A stretch of DNA of 62,465 bases from a virus (IMGVR_UViG_3300048057_000022:1-62465); one strand, 5' to 3'. Shown: positions 53,564-62,326, counted from the stretch's first letter. The notes: generated from the letters alone by a model not told the origin. Program-made: numbers and translations.

Positions 53564-55285
53564 TTATCTCGGAATCCTCAGCGCGAACGCTGGCGCGGCC
53601 TGGACCCTGGAGCCGATGTACGCAAGCGCAGCAGCCATGAAGAAGTGGGGGTCGGTGCCGCCCATGGCGTCCTTGGGAAAGTCATATACCTCGTTGGCGA
53701 CCTGCTCGGCATAGGAGCGCACCATCACGGGAGCGCGGAAGTGGTCCTTCAGCGTCTCCTCGTCCCGCATGGTACCAAGCTCACGAACGATGCCAGCGCC
53801 AACATCCCACGCAGGGGCCGGGACGATAAGGCCCCTGCTCTCGATCCACGACTTAACGCCCTCCATCGCTACTGGCCGGTTCACGATAACGTGGTCCTTG
53901 TCCCCGCTGGGCTGCCACAGGGTGGAGGTACTCTTGGAGAACGTGGCCCTCCTCGCCCTGCGTCCGATAGCCCTAACGAGGGTGCGAGTCTCGTTCGTGT
54001 CCGGCATAGAGTCAATAACGAACACCGGCTTCCCGCGTCGGCGCCAATACTCCACAAGCTCCGTCGTGTCCCTCACCCAGCCCACGCCGACCACCAGGCT
54101 TTCGTGCTCGTTGAGCCTCTTGACCTCGAAAATGTGGTACTGTCCCGTCCTAACGTCCACGCCCATCCAATCCGGCTTCTTCCTCGCGATGTTGAACATG
54201 GTCCGGTACACAAAGTCCTGGAACCACCCGTCGTTGTACTGACTCGTGGTGGCCTTGGCCAAGACCGCCTCCGTCAACCGACCCTCCCTGGACAAGAACG
54301 GCATCCCGAGGGTTGAATTCCACCACCGCCTCACATGAATGGGGTCGGTCGCGTCCATAAGGCTCTGGCGAACCCGCCTAAGTACGGCTGGCGTCCCCCC
54401 GGTGTATAGCCTCTGGAAAATCTGTAGATGATACCCATGGACGACCGACCTCCGTGGGTGCTTGGCCACCCACCGCCCCCCACCAAGACTAGGCTTGGCC
54501 ATATCCAGGGGCACCACCGGATCTATGGGCTTACCACACTTCGAGCAGGGAATGAAGTAATCCTCCCACGACTTGAATGCGCTCCCATTCAAGAACTCGA
54601 CAAAGAAGTCGGCAATGTCCTCGATCACGTAGGGGCCGAACTGGGTGCTCAAGTCGTTCTCGTGGCCACAGTGGGCACACTTAATCAGCCACACGCGCTG
54701 GTCTGAGGCGAGATACGCCTTGTGAATCCCGAAGGACGGGAACGACGGAGTGGAGACTTCGAACCAAAAGGTGTCGCCCATGGCCCCTTGGGTTCTGGAC
54801 GTCTTCGCGCCGTACAGGGAGTCCTGGTTGTGATAGTCGTGCTCGTCCACCGTAACCCCGTCAGCGTCAAACGTGGCGATGGCCGTCTCGGTTGTGGTGT
54901 ATCGAAGGAAGATTTCGCGATCAAAGGCCGTGACGTTGCCCTCGTTCTCGGCGGTCGTCCTTCGACGCAGGTAGGGGTTGATGGCCAAGGCCCCCTTGAT
55001 TCTGGTCCTGAAGAAGTTCCTCATCGCCTGCTGGCTCGGGAAGAGGACCCCCCAGTTCACTCCTAGGTTGTCCACAGCCCAGAAGGGCCTCGCCAGCGTG
55101 AAGATTTCCGAGATCGCCATCTGGGCCGACTTCATCACCGCCTGCTGCGGGGCGTCGTCCCGGCAAATGTCAAGCTGGCAAGGGAAGGCGTCGAAGGTGT
55201 AGCGCCTCCCCCTCATCATCCCAGAGGAGATTTTCCAGTCACAGTCAGCAAAGAGCCACTCGTGAAAAGACGGCTTAGACGCCAT
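53564..55285 (-). CDS. terL: terminase large subunit, GpA-like
   Basis: KSAQMAISE (Walker A variant), VDEHD, VSTPS, SDQR.W...C.HC..C.KC, GRWVA, N..LG.P and GVDV. Confidence 0.9.
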   Translation of the reverse strand: MASKPSFHEWLFADCDWKISSGMMRGRRYTFDAFPCQLDICRDDAPQQAVMKSAQMAISEIFTLARPFWAVDNLGVNWGVLFPSQQAMRNFFRTRIKGALAINPYLRRRTTAENEGNVTAFDREIFLRYTTTETAIATFDADGVTVDEHDYHNQDSLYGAKTSRTQGAMGDTFWFEVSTPSFPSFGIHKAYLASDQRVWLIKCAHCGHENDLSTQFGPYVIEDIADFFVEFLNGSAFKSWEDYFIPCSKCGKPIDPVVPLDMAKPSLGGGRWVAKHPRRSVVHGYHLQIFQRLYTGGTPAVLRRVRQSLMDATDPIHVRRWWNSTLGMPFLSREGRLTEAVLAKATTSQYNDGWFQDFVYRTMFNIARKKPDWMGVDVRTGQYHIFEVKRLNEHESLVVGVGWVRDTTELVEYWRRRGKPVFVIDSMPDTNETRTLVRAIGRRARRATFSKSTSTLWQPSGDKDHVIVNRPVAMEGVKSWIESRGLIVPAPAWDVGAGIVRELGTMRDEETLKDHFRAPVMVRSYAEQVANEVYDFPKDAMGGTDPHFFMAAALAYIGSRVQAAPAFALRIPR

Positions 55286-55649
55286 CCATTTCCTCCAGTG
55301 CCTCCAGGATCTCCTTCCTATGGATAATGCCGATGTGTTCGTTGGCCTTGAACATTTCCTTGGAGATCACGATGCCGTAGGACCACACCACGCTACAGTT
55401 GCAGCATTTCGCGTACACATCACAGCGATATGGGGTTGTGGCTGGGCCGCCCATCAGGAAGAACCTCATCCTGCGGAAGATCACGCCAAGGGAGTCGCAG
55501 CACGGGCACCGTGGGTCGAACTTGGGCACGGGGAACCTCTCCCCCAGGTGCCAGGCCGCCTCCACGTTCTCGTGGACTATCTCGATAGCGGGGACGCTCA
55601 ACAGGTCCCGGAGCTTCTCCCGTGCTACCGTATTACTTAAGCTCCCCAT
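55275..55649 (-). CDS. zinc-binding hypothetical protein
   Basis: CPCC and KCCNC motifs. Confidence 0.6.
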   Translation of the reverse strand: MGSLSNTVAREKLRDLLSVPAIEIVHENVEAAWHLGERFPVPKFDPRCPCCDSLGVIFRRMRFFLMGGPATTPYRCDVYAKCCNCSVVWSYGIVISKEMFKANEHIGIIHRKEILEALEEMDGV

Positions 55650-56421
55650 GCCGCATCTTTCTGAGTATGTCAATTCGCTCCCCGTCGGTGATCTCGCCCG
55701 CCTCGTACCGATCCTCGACCGCCTCCTCTGCCTTGGTCCTAGATTGAGAGCGGACCTGGTCGGACGGGGTCCCAAGCAGTCTCGAAACGTCCTCGCTACT
55801 CATGAGTTGGTCGAAATACTTCATGTGGCGGTCTATGCTCTTATCGAGAGCGCTAATACGAGTCTCGCGCTCCCGCATCTTTACTCGCTTCAGCCCGTAA
55901 ACCTTGTGAATCTGCTGGCGGTAAAACTCAAGCATCCGGGCTCGGTAGATCAACCTAGCGGAGCCGGACACCAGCGGAGAGTACACCTCGACTGCGTCCA
56001 AAATGTCGGCGTGAATGGCCTCAACTATCTTCCTATGAGGCACAATGACCTTTGCTTGATATGAGTGGCGTGCGCGGTCGGGTGGCTCCTCCCCCGCATC
56101 GACCCTGCGCCGGGAAAGCTCGTCGGCGATGTCTGGAAAAGACACGCCGATGGCCCGACCCAGGATTACCAACGCCTTCTCTTCGGTGGACAGCATGTTG
56201 CACTGCTTGGCCCCAGGGGGGAGCCCGCGATTCCTGCGAATCTCCTGGCCCACCCTCTGCCCCACGGCAGCCACGTACTCGTAGATCTGCTCAATCGGGG
56301 CCTCGAAAGGCACAATCCCAGTGGCGACGAAGATGTTCTCCTCGCCTGGGTCACGCATTACGGCCGGGAGTACGGGCACGTCCTCCATGGAAACCAGTTT
56401 ACCGCCGACCGCTCGCCTCAT
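55633..56421 (-). CDS. HTH-containing protein, candidate terminase small subunit
   Basis: GVSFPDIADEL HTH-like segment, helical C-terminus, two genes upstream of terL. Confidence 0.45.
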   Translation of the reverse strand: MRRAVGGKLVSMEDVPVLPAVMRDPGEENIFVATGIVPFEAPIEQIYEYVAAVGQRVGQEIRRNRGLPPGAKQCNMLSTEEKALVILGRAIGVSFPDIADELSRRRVDAGEEPPDRARHSYQAKVIVPHRKIVEAIHADILDAVEVYSPLVSGSARLIYRARMLEFYRQQIHKVYGLKRVKMRERETRISALDKSIDRHMKYFDQLMSSEDVSRLLGTPSDQVRSQSRTKAEEAVEDRYEAGEITDGERIDILRKMRHGELK

Positions 56422-56435
56422 GGTTCCTCCTCGTG

Positions 56436-56756
56436 CTAGTGCCTAGGGCGACGAATGTGTGGCTTACCGGGAAGGGCTAGGTCCACCTTCCCGCGTTCGG
56501 CCTTCTCCATCGCCTCCATCGCCTCCGCCCGCTCCTCGGCCACCTCGGCATCGTACATGCGCTTAACGATCACAGCATAGTTTGGCGCACACCAGAGCTT
56601 CAGGAGATCGAAAGATTCCTTCGCGGTAAACCCTTCCTCCACAAACGAGTCCCTCATCCTCATCGACATCTTGGCCACCTGCTCGCCCAAGCTACCGGGG
56701 CTCTTGTCCTCCGTGGGACCGTCCTCCGTAGGAATGTCCCTCTCGTCTTCCTGCAT
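56436..56756 (-). CDS. hypothetical protein
   Basis: FVEEGFT..ESF.L motif. Confidence 0.6.
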   Translation of the reverse strand: MQEDERDIPTEDGPTEDKSPGSLGEQVAKMSMRMRDSFVEEGFTAKESFDLLKLWCAPNYAVIVKRMYDAEVAEERAEAMEAMEKAERGKVDLALPGKPHIRRPRH

Positions 56757-56757
56757 A

Positions 56758-56991
56758 TTACGCTCTCCTTTTAACGAAAAATACCCTCATGCCGCCAGGA
56801 CTCTTCCTGGTCACAGCACGAAGGTCAAGGTGTTGATTCCTCGACATCCAAGTCCGTGCGGCCCTAGCAGCCCTCTCCCCCTCCTCCGGGTCCTCGAACA
56901 AGAACTCCTCGGGCGGACTGATGCCTCTCAGCGCCCACGGATACTTGCGGTACCCCTCGGGCGGAATCACCATCGTATCCTTCTTTTTCAT
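56758..56991 (-). CDS. small basic DNA-binding-like protein, paralogue of 58316-58594
   Basis: KYPW...F....W..RN...TRK..GG.RV. Confidence 0.65.
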   Translation of the reverse strand: MKKKDTMVIPPEGYRKYPWALRGISPPEEFLFEDPEEGERAARAARTWMSRNQHLDLRAVTRKSPGGMRVFFVKRRA

Positions 56992-57011
56992 GATACTTCC
57001 TCCTACCGAAC

Positions 57012-57040
57012 ACCATAACCAGCCACGAAGCGTGACACAA
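57012..57040 (-). promoter_or_regulatory. candidate promoter for the packaging/structural arm
   Basis: TTGTGT-N17-TATGGT on the minus strand, in an intergenic gap. Confidence 0.4.
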
Positions 57041-57102
57041 GGGTATAAAAAAACGCCCGTGGAGAATCGTTCCTGAGAGCGTTCAGTGGTCCTACAATCC
57101 CT

Positions 57103-57717
57103 TCAGCACTCATCTTTGCCTCCCAGGATGACAGTTATGTCTTCCATGTCTTGGTTGAACAATGCTCGCTCGGCGTCCGTGAGTCTGTCGGAAAGACCTC
57201 GCCTCCACATTCTGATACGACCTAGCATTACGGGCACCTCCCACTCGTTCTCACTCATCTTCCGGCTCTCGCTGGGTGCGAGGTATTCCGGGTGCTCTCT
57301 GAGGATTCGCTCGACCTCGGCCCATACCTTTGCTTCAGAGTCTAGGGCCCTGGGAATCCCGGCATGACAAAGCGTGTCCGTGATGGTGTTGCGGATAATG
57401 GTGCGAAGTTCCAGCGCCTCCCGCTCCTGGCTCTCTGTGGGTGCTGCAAGGTAAAGCTCCTGCCCTGGCTTGAAGTCCGGCGAGTGCAGATAGAGCTTAA
57501 CGACCATTTCCCCGACGTCTTGATAGCCAAGAACTTCCCCCACCGGCTCCCCTGGCTGAAGCAGTGCGAGGAGTTCGTCGGCCAGCGACAAGAACTCACC
57601 CTGGCAAACGTCGTCCCAGTCAGCGGCCAATAATTCACCGCCCTCCTTGACTTGATTGTCGTGCCCACGTTTCCATGCTGCATGTAGCCCTCTCGCCACC
57701 CTTTCGCGCTCAATCAC
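57103..57717 (-). CDS. mosaic accessory protein sharing blocks with 7492-8548
   Basis: Nucleotide-level shared blocks of 19, 34 and 20 bp. Confidence 0.7.
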   Translation of the reverse strand: MIERERVARGLHAAWKRGHDNQVKEGGELLAADWDDVCQGEFLSLADELLALLQPGEPVGEVLGYQDVGEMVVKLYLHSPDFKPGQELYLAAPTESQEREALELRTIIRNTITDTLCHAGIPRALDSEAKVWAEVERILREHPEYLAPSESRKMSENEWEVPVMLGRIRMWRRGLSDRLTDAERALFNQDMEDITVILGGKDEC

Positions 57718-57922
57718 CTCTCGCCCTCCTTACCTCGACAAACGTCCCCGGCTTCAGGTCGTCGCCCTTCACGGAAATCTCGGTCCAGGTGTCGCCAAAC
57801 AGCCCCCGGTGGGTACGGAGCACCCTCCCCGCCCAAGCCTCCCGCCGCCTGCCTACGATCCTCCTGGACACCTCAGCAAACCAGCTACGCCGACTCATTC
57901 CCTCCGGCCTACACTGCTTCAC
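57710..57922 (-). CDS. hypothetical basic protein
   Basis: Coupled to neighbouring ORFs. Confidence 0.55.
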   Translation of the reverse strand: MKQCRPEGMSRRSWFAEVSRRIVGRRREAWAGRVLRTHRGLFGDTWTEISVKGDDLKPGTFVEVRRARGD

Positions 57923-58344
57923 TTGACGCCCCCCGTCTTTGAGTCAATCGAGTAGATGTCTGAACCAATCTGAATCTGAATTTCGACCCGGTGCATCCAA
58001 CGCTTAATCTGCTTCTGCACTTTCCTTGCGTGGATCTCATGCACGCCGGGAGCGTGGAGGACCCACACCTTGCCGTCGCCCTTCAGGACCGGGAGAACCT
58101 TGGTCTGGTCTGGGCGAGTGCCGAAGTCCCCCCACAGGCCCAGAAGCCAGCCGCACTTAAAGCTCCCGCAGATGTCGGGACGGTCGCCGTAGGTCCCACA
58201 CCCCCTGCCCGGAATCAAGTGCGGGCAAGGGGTGTGTGCCGGTTTAGCAAGTTCCGGCACGTCCAGGACCACGCAGCACCAAGTACAGGCGCCGCAGGAC
58301 TTCCTTGGGGGGCGCTTACTCCTCACCGACCCACTTCTCGTCAA
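57919..58344 (-). CDS. YkgJ/CxxCxxCC-type cysteine cluster protein
   Basis: CGACTWCC..CPHL..GC..Y.DRP..C..F.C.WL; exact start uncertain. Confidence 0.75.
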   Translation of the reverse strand: MTRSGSVRSKRPPRKSCGACTWCCVVLDVPELAKPAHTPCPHLIPGRGCGTYGDRPDICGSFKCGWLLGLWGDFGTRPDQTKVLPVLKGDGKVWVLHAPGVHEIHARKVQKQIKRWMHRVEIQIQIGSDIYSIDSKTGGVK

Positions 58345-58594
58345 AGAGCCACACGCGGAAACCCCCCTCGACCTTCCTGGTTTCGATCTTCCAGAGCGCC
58401 CGGCCGTTCCGCTTGAGCCAAGCCTTGCCCGACGCCATCACCGACCGGCGACGCTGGTTCAAGTGGGCGTCTTTCGTACCCGGCTTATCCACCGGCACGA
58501 GGAACGAACTTCCCGACTTCATTTGCCTCCAAGGAAACTGGCGGGCAGGCAGAAATTCTTCGCCCTCGACGGGCACGTTGTTTTCGACCTTCAT
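58316..58594 (-). CDS. small basic DNA-binding-like protein
   Basis: FPW..M..G.SF.VP...TRKV.GG.RVW. Confidence 0.7.
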   Translation of the reverse strand: MKVENNVPVEGEEFLPARQFPWRQMKSGSSFLVPVDKPGTKDAHLNQRRRSVMASGKAWLKRNGRALWKIETRKVEGGFRVWLFDEKWVGEE

Positions 58595-58639
58595 GAGACT
58601 CCCCCTTCTTGCTGGATTCCGGCCCTCGAAAAATCGGGC

Positions 58640-59015
58640 CCCTATACTGTACGGTTTAATAAGTTTTTATTTATATACTTATACTTGTGTCCCTTAGCGG
58701 TGTACCTTCTCCGAGGGTACCTGGCAGTCAAGTCGTTCTCCCTCTTTGTCTTACAGCGCCGTGGTGCTGTACCTTTACGGTGTTCCTACCGTTAAGGCGA
58801 TAACACACGGTAAAAACGTCCAGGAATCATGCGCGAAACAGCCCCAAAACCGAGATTTACGTTTCATTAGGAAAAATGGATGCATCTAACCTACGTTTTG
58901 CGGTAAAATAGGCCAAATCGCGTTCACGTTTCATTAGTGAAATAGACCGAAACGCAGGTTTACGTTTCATAGTGAATTTGCATGCATCTAACCTACGTTC
59001 CATAGTGAAATTGAC
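58640..59015. repeat. AT-rich iteron-like zone, candidate replication origin
   Basis: AT tract 58655-58686; AAGGTACA(G/C)C copies; four ACGTT(T/C)CAT(T)AG(T/G) repeats; ATGCATCTAACCTACGTT twice; operator dyad at 58790-58805. Confidence 0.6.
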
Positions 59016-59382
59016 ACGTCGTGACGATGCCAAGCTCCCCCTTAACCACCATTTCGAGGACAAGTTTTTGACGCTTGATGAACTCCGATCGGATACTCCA
59101 AGAACCTCGGCTGACGCCGTCCCAAATCAGAATCAGCGCATCTCCCTCTTTCGCCATCCAACAGTTACGAATCGGGCCTGCACCTTTGCCGAAAGCGTCC
59201 CAAAGCGGGGGATAGGTGCAGACCTGAACCGCGTTCTCTTTTGCCCACCTGTCACCCATCGCGTCCACGCCCTTGGAGCCACCCTGAATCACCAGATTGA
59301 TGTCGTGAGGGAACTCTTCGACAGCCCTCAAGAGAAGGTCGTAATCGGTGATGTGACGAGATCCTGCGATGACGACTTTCAT
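58993..59382 (-). CDS. SLOG-superfamily (YspA/DUF2493-like) protein
   Basis: VIAGSR, GG.KGVD..G..WA, W..FGK.AGPIRN..MA and WDG.SRG. Confidence 0.85.
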   Translation of the reverse strand: MKVVIAGSRHITDYDLLLRAVEEFPHDINLVIQGGSKGVDAMGDRWAKENAVQVCTYPPLWDAFGKGAGPIRNCWMAKEGDALILIWDGVSRGSWSIRSEFIKRQKLVLEMVVKGELGIVTTCQFHYGT

Positions 59383-59422
59383 CGTAAATCCGTCGTCGAG
59401 AAGAGATGCCAGACGTACGCAT

Positions 59423-59857
59423 TCATTTGTCGTACCTTTTGTGTAGGCCCCCGTGGCAACGCGAGCAAAGCCAGCTTACCTCAAGCGGTAGGTCGTAATT
59501 GGGGTGATGGCCCTCGCGACGATAAAAGGAAAAGTCGTGGTTGCACGCCTCACAAGCACTGGGTGGAATAACCCTACCGTCCCTAACTGCGTGGCAAAGA
59601 ATCACGTTCGCGGCCCGCTTCACTGGATCTAGCATTCGGTGGTGCTTGCCCATGGTTTTGGCGTGGTGGTACTTTGCTCGACCCCGAGCCCGCTCACGAC
59701 CAACCCACTCTGCATCACCCATCTTCACCCCATACCAACGCCGAGCGTAGTCCCGCCGACAATCCTTGCAGGAATTAAGGTGTCCGTCTGACATACCGGG
59801 ATGTTTGTAGAAGTTGGTCATTGCTTTTGTCTCGCCACAGTCTTTACAAGCTTTCAC
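59423..59857 (-). CDS. HNH-like zinc-finger endonuclease
   Basis: CKDC..F.K...DG....CKDC, CEAC and GHH.NY..PL.V.WLC..CH. Confidence 0.75.
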   Translation of the reverse strand: MKACKDCGETKAMTNFYKHPGMSDGHLNSCKDCRRDYARRWYGVKMGDAEWVGRERARGRAKYHHAKTMGKHHRMLDPVKRAANVILCHAVRDGRVIPPSACEACNHDFSFYRREGHHPNYDLPLEVSWLCSRCHGGLHKRYDK

Positions 59858-59881
59858 TTCGCCCTCCCGCTTATGAGTGTC

Positions 59882-60361
59882 TTAATCTAAAACGGAAAGG
59901 CTAGAACTAAAAGGGAGGTCGTCGTCCTCCTCATCCAGAGGCTTGAGGTTTTCTTTAATAGGAGTGTGCTCAGAACTCTGAACGGGGTCCTTCGGCTGCC
60001 GATACCCAGCCTGTGCCTCCTCCTGGGACCTCGGATCGAGATTGATCCACTTCTCGACGATGACATCGGTGTAATACTTCTTCGAATCACCCTCCCCGAC
60101 CGTGCGGCTCTTGATGTAGCCCTCGATAGAGACGCGGGAGCCCTTACGAAGCCAGTCGTAAGCCTTCACGGCATCGCCGCCACGAAAAACGAGCCTGTGC
60201 CAGGTTGTCTCCTCACCGAACTCCTCAGAGCCCTTCTTTTTCCAATACCTGGTCGTCGCCAACGAGAGATTGGTGACCATGCCACCATCCTCGAAGGTGT
60301 GGGTGTCGGGATTGCTTCCAGCGTAACCGATGAGGAAGATTTTGTTCTGGTAGATGGCCAT
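59882..60361 (-). CDS. ssb: single-stranded DNA-binding protein
   Basis: NKIFLIG, SLAT, TTWHR, KGSRV.IEG and DDDLPF followed by a short extension. Confidence 0.93.
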   Translation of the reverse strand: MAIYQNKIFLIGYAGSNPDTHTFEDGGMVTNLSLATTRYWKKKGSEEFGEETTWHRLVFRGGDAVKAYDWLRKGSRVSIEGYIKSRTVGEGDSKKYYTDVIVEKWINLDPRSQEEAQAGYRQPKDPVQSSEHTPIKENLKPLDEEDDDLPFSSSLSVLD

Positions 60362-60520
60362 TAGTCTTGGGCCCCCATGTAGTTGGTAGCTGTGAGTGTC
60401 GCTGTAATGTCGGAAATTGAGATGATAGAAACGACGGGGATGGACATTTTGCCACATCCTATCAGACCAGTTGGTGTGCTGGACGGTTCAGCACACTCCA
60501 GCACACAGCACACTGGCCGG

Positions 60521-60835
60521 TCATTTAGGCGATTTACGATCTCTTCCTGCGTTCGCATCAGGCACATCTCCCATTCTCGAATTAACACTGTTTTTGTGGA
60601 TAACTACGTCTTTTCGAAGGTGTACGACGGGTAGAATGGCAAGAATCGTGACCTCCGTGGCGGTCGTACACGTCAGGATCTCCTCGGCGACCAAAATGGC
60701 GGAATCCACGTCCTTCGTTACGGCGTAATCAATCAAATCAGGTCCACTAGGAGCAACGAGGTGGGTCATCTCCCACCAACCTTCCAACCTGAGTCCAGCA
60801 GGCTCGTTACTCATCGGCTTCCTTGTAGCGCTCAT
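60521..60835 (-). CDS. hypothetical protein
   Basis: ORF in operon. Confidence 0.5.
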   Translation of the reverse strand: MSATRKPMSNEPAGLRLEGWWEMTHLVAPSGPDLIDYAVTKDVDSAILVAEEILTCTTATEVTILAILPVVHLRKDVVIHKNSVNSRMGDVPDANAGRDRKSPK

Positions 60836-60836
60836 C

Positions 60837-61127
60837 CTAAAAATCCCATTCTGTTTCCTCGATGGTGGTGTGGCCGAACGACTCTATCCATGGAATGAAT
60901 TTGAATTCGAAGCACTCGGGGCAGAGGTCCACCAGCCATTGGGTACCCGAACCACCCTCTGGGTAGGCTTCACCTAAGCGCAGTTTTGCGTAAGACTCGC
61001 CCACCATGAAGGCCGACCCAGACCAGTTGCGATACGGCTTACTGCTCCGACCACAGACGTCGCAGACGGTGTACTCCAGCACCTCGATCGTGGTAGCTGG
61101 CCTCTCAACAACTTTGTGCTTTCTCAT
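60837..61127 (-). CDS. zinc-ribbon hypothetical protein
   Basis: CDVCG..YPEGG..DLCPECF. Confidence 0.7.
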   Translation of the reverse strand: MRKHKVVERPATTIEVLEYTVCDVCGRSSKPYRNWSGSAFMVGESYAKLRLGEAYPEGGSGTQWLVDLCPECFEFKFIPWIESFGHTTIEETEWDF

Positions 61128-61369
61128 TCAACAGGCTCCTCGATGGCCATGACCCAGGCGTGATCTTCCTCGTTGCCATAGCTCCAGCAGGCCAAAAAAG
61201 GCGGGGCAGGATGCTCCTCGGCGATGTTGCGAGGATTAGCTACTGAGTCCTGAAAACGCTCCAACGTCCACTCCTTCGCAGACACGGACCCGTTGAACAG
61301 ACGGAACTCCGGGTCGTAGTGACGGTCAGCGACACAGGCTAGGTAGAACCAACGCGGGTTAGTCATCAT
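61124..61369 (-). CDS. hypothetical protein
   Basis: ATGA coupling on both sides. Confidence 0.55.
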   Translation of the reverse strand: MMTNPRWFYLACVADRHYDPEFRLFNGSVSAKEWTLERFQDSVANPRNIAEEHPAPPFLACWSYGNEEDHAWVMAIEEPVE

Positions 61370-61761
61370 GGCCTTTCGTCCATTTCCTTGAAAGAATGTA
61401 GGACCTCTCTCCAGTCCCGAGACGTTGCCCCACCCGAGGCCCCACTGGGCGGCTCCTTTTTCATGTCCTCGTCACCCTGCCTCCACGTCTCCACGGGTTG
61501 GATCTCTTGTTCGGAGAAGTTGAGGCTACGCTTGAGGATGATGCGGGCGATTGGGTTGATTTCAAAAATCAAGACGGTGTCCCTACCTGGAGGACACTCG
61601 GGGTGTGCCAGGATCTCCGCCGCAACCTTACGCGCTTCCGCCAGGGTCGTCAGGAAAACGGCGTCCGGGGAATGGTGAGAGGCCCTTATTACGTCGTTCT
61701 GGGAGGGTTCACCTACTACCATGTACCCCATGTAAGTGAGGCTTCCTAAGCTATTTCCCAT
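61366..61761 (-). CDS. hypothetical protein, first gene of the leftward arm
   Basis: AAGGAG SD; ends with the 25-bp shared element. Confidence 0.55.
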   Translation of the reverse strand: MGNSLGSLTYMGYMVVGEPSQNDVIRASHHSPDAVFLTTLAEARKVAAEILAHPECPPGRDTVLIFEINPIARIILKRSLNFSEQEIQPVETWRQGDEDMKKEPPSGASGGATSRDWREVLHSFKEMDERP

Positions 61762-62221
61762 CGGTAACTCCTTTGGCTGTCCGCTGTGTTTGATGGTGTA
61801 ATCATAATAACGAGTAGTTCGATGTAGTGCAATGGGTCCTTGGTAGGAACAAACCGGCTAAAAATGGAAAGTGTTGTGTAGGCAACATTTCTGGAGAACA
61901 GCCTTCGCCCGGCAAGACTGTAAAAAATCAGCGCGGTAAAAACAGGATTTTGGATTGAGATCGGAGAGAAATAGGCGAGAGGGTACCCTGGGGCCGTGGG
62001 GCCATCTGAGAACCCCATGCCCCGGTCCGGTCTTGGGTCTGCGGGTTTGGCTAGGGTTTGCAAAGTGCAAATGAGGGGTGAACGCGACGGGTCCGTTTTT
62101 CGGAATAATGGGTTTCGGTGGCCTTTGGCTTCCTCGGGCGCCAGTATGGGCGGACCTTCGGTGTGTCCCCATCTAGTGACACTTTCCCGTTCCAGTTTAC
62201 AAAACCCTGACAGTCGGTCCC

Positions 62222-62250
62222 TTGCACCCCGGTCCTTCAGTATGTATAAA
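62222..62250 (+). promoter_or_regulatory. promoter of the leader unit
   Basis: TTGCAC-N17-TATAAA, just inside the 62163-62182 dyad. Confidence 0.6.
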
Positions 62251-62326
62251 CAAACCGCCGGACGATACTACCCGGCGTCCAGGGCATCGGCCCCGGACAT
62301 TTTTCCTAGTCGAAAGGATGGGACCC

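Noticed and set aside
17658-57000. Numerous plus-strand ORFs opposite the leftward arm (e.g. 33993-35132, 42350-43108, 22086-22973)
   Set aside because: They are antisense shadows of well-supported genes, as expected at high GC.
57088-57105. GGTCCTACAATCCCTTCA as a third copy of the 25-nt element
   Set aside because: The match is only partial and gapped, and lies antisense to local transcription; it could be chance.
60361-60588. 75-aa ORF upstream of ssb
   Set aside because: It overlaps the neighbouring gene by about 70 bp, the start is unclear and there is no motif; left uncalled.
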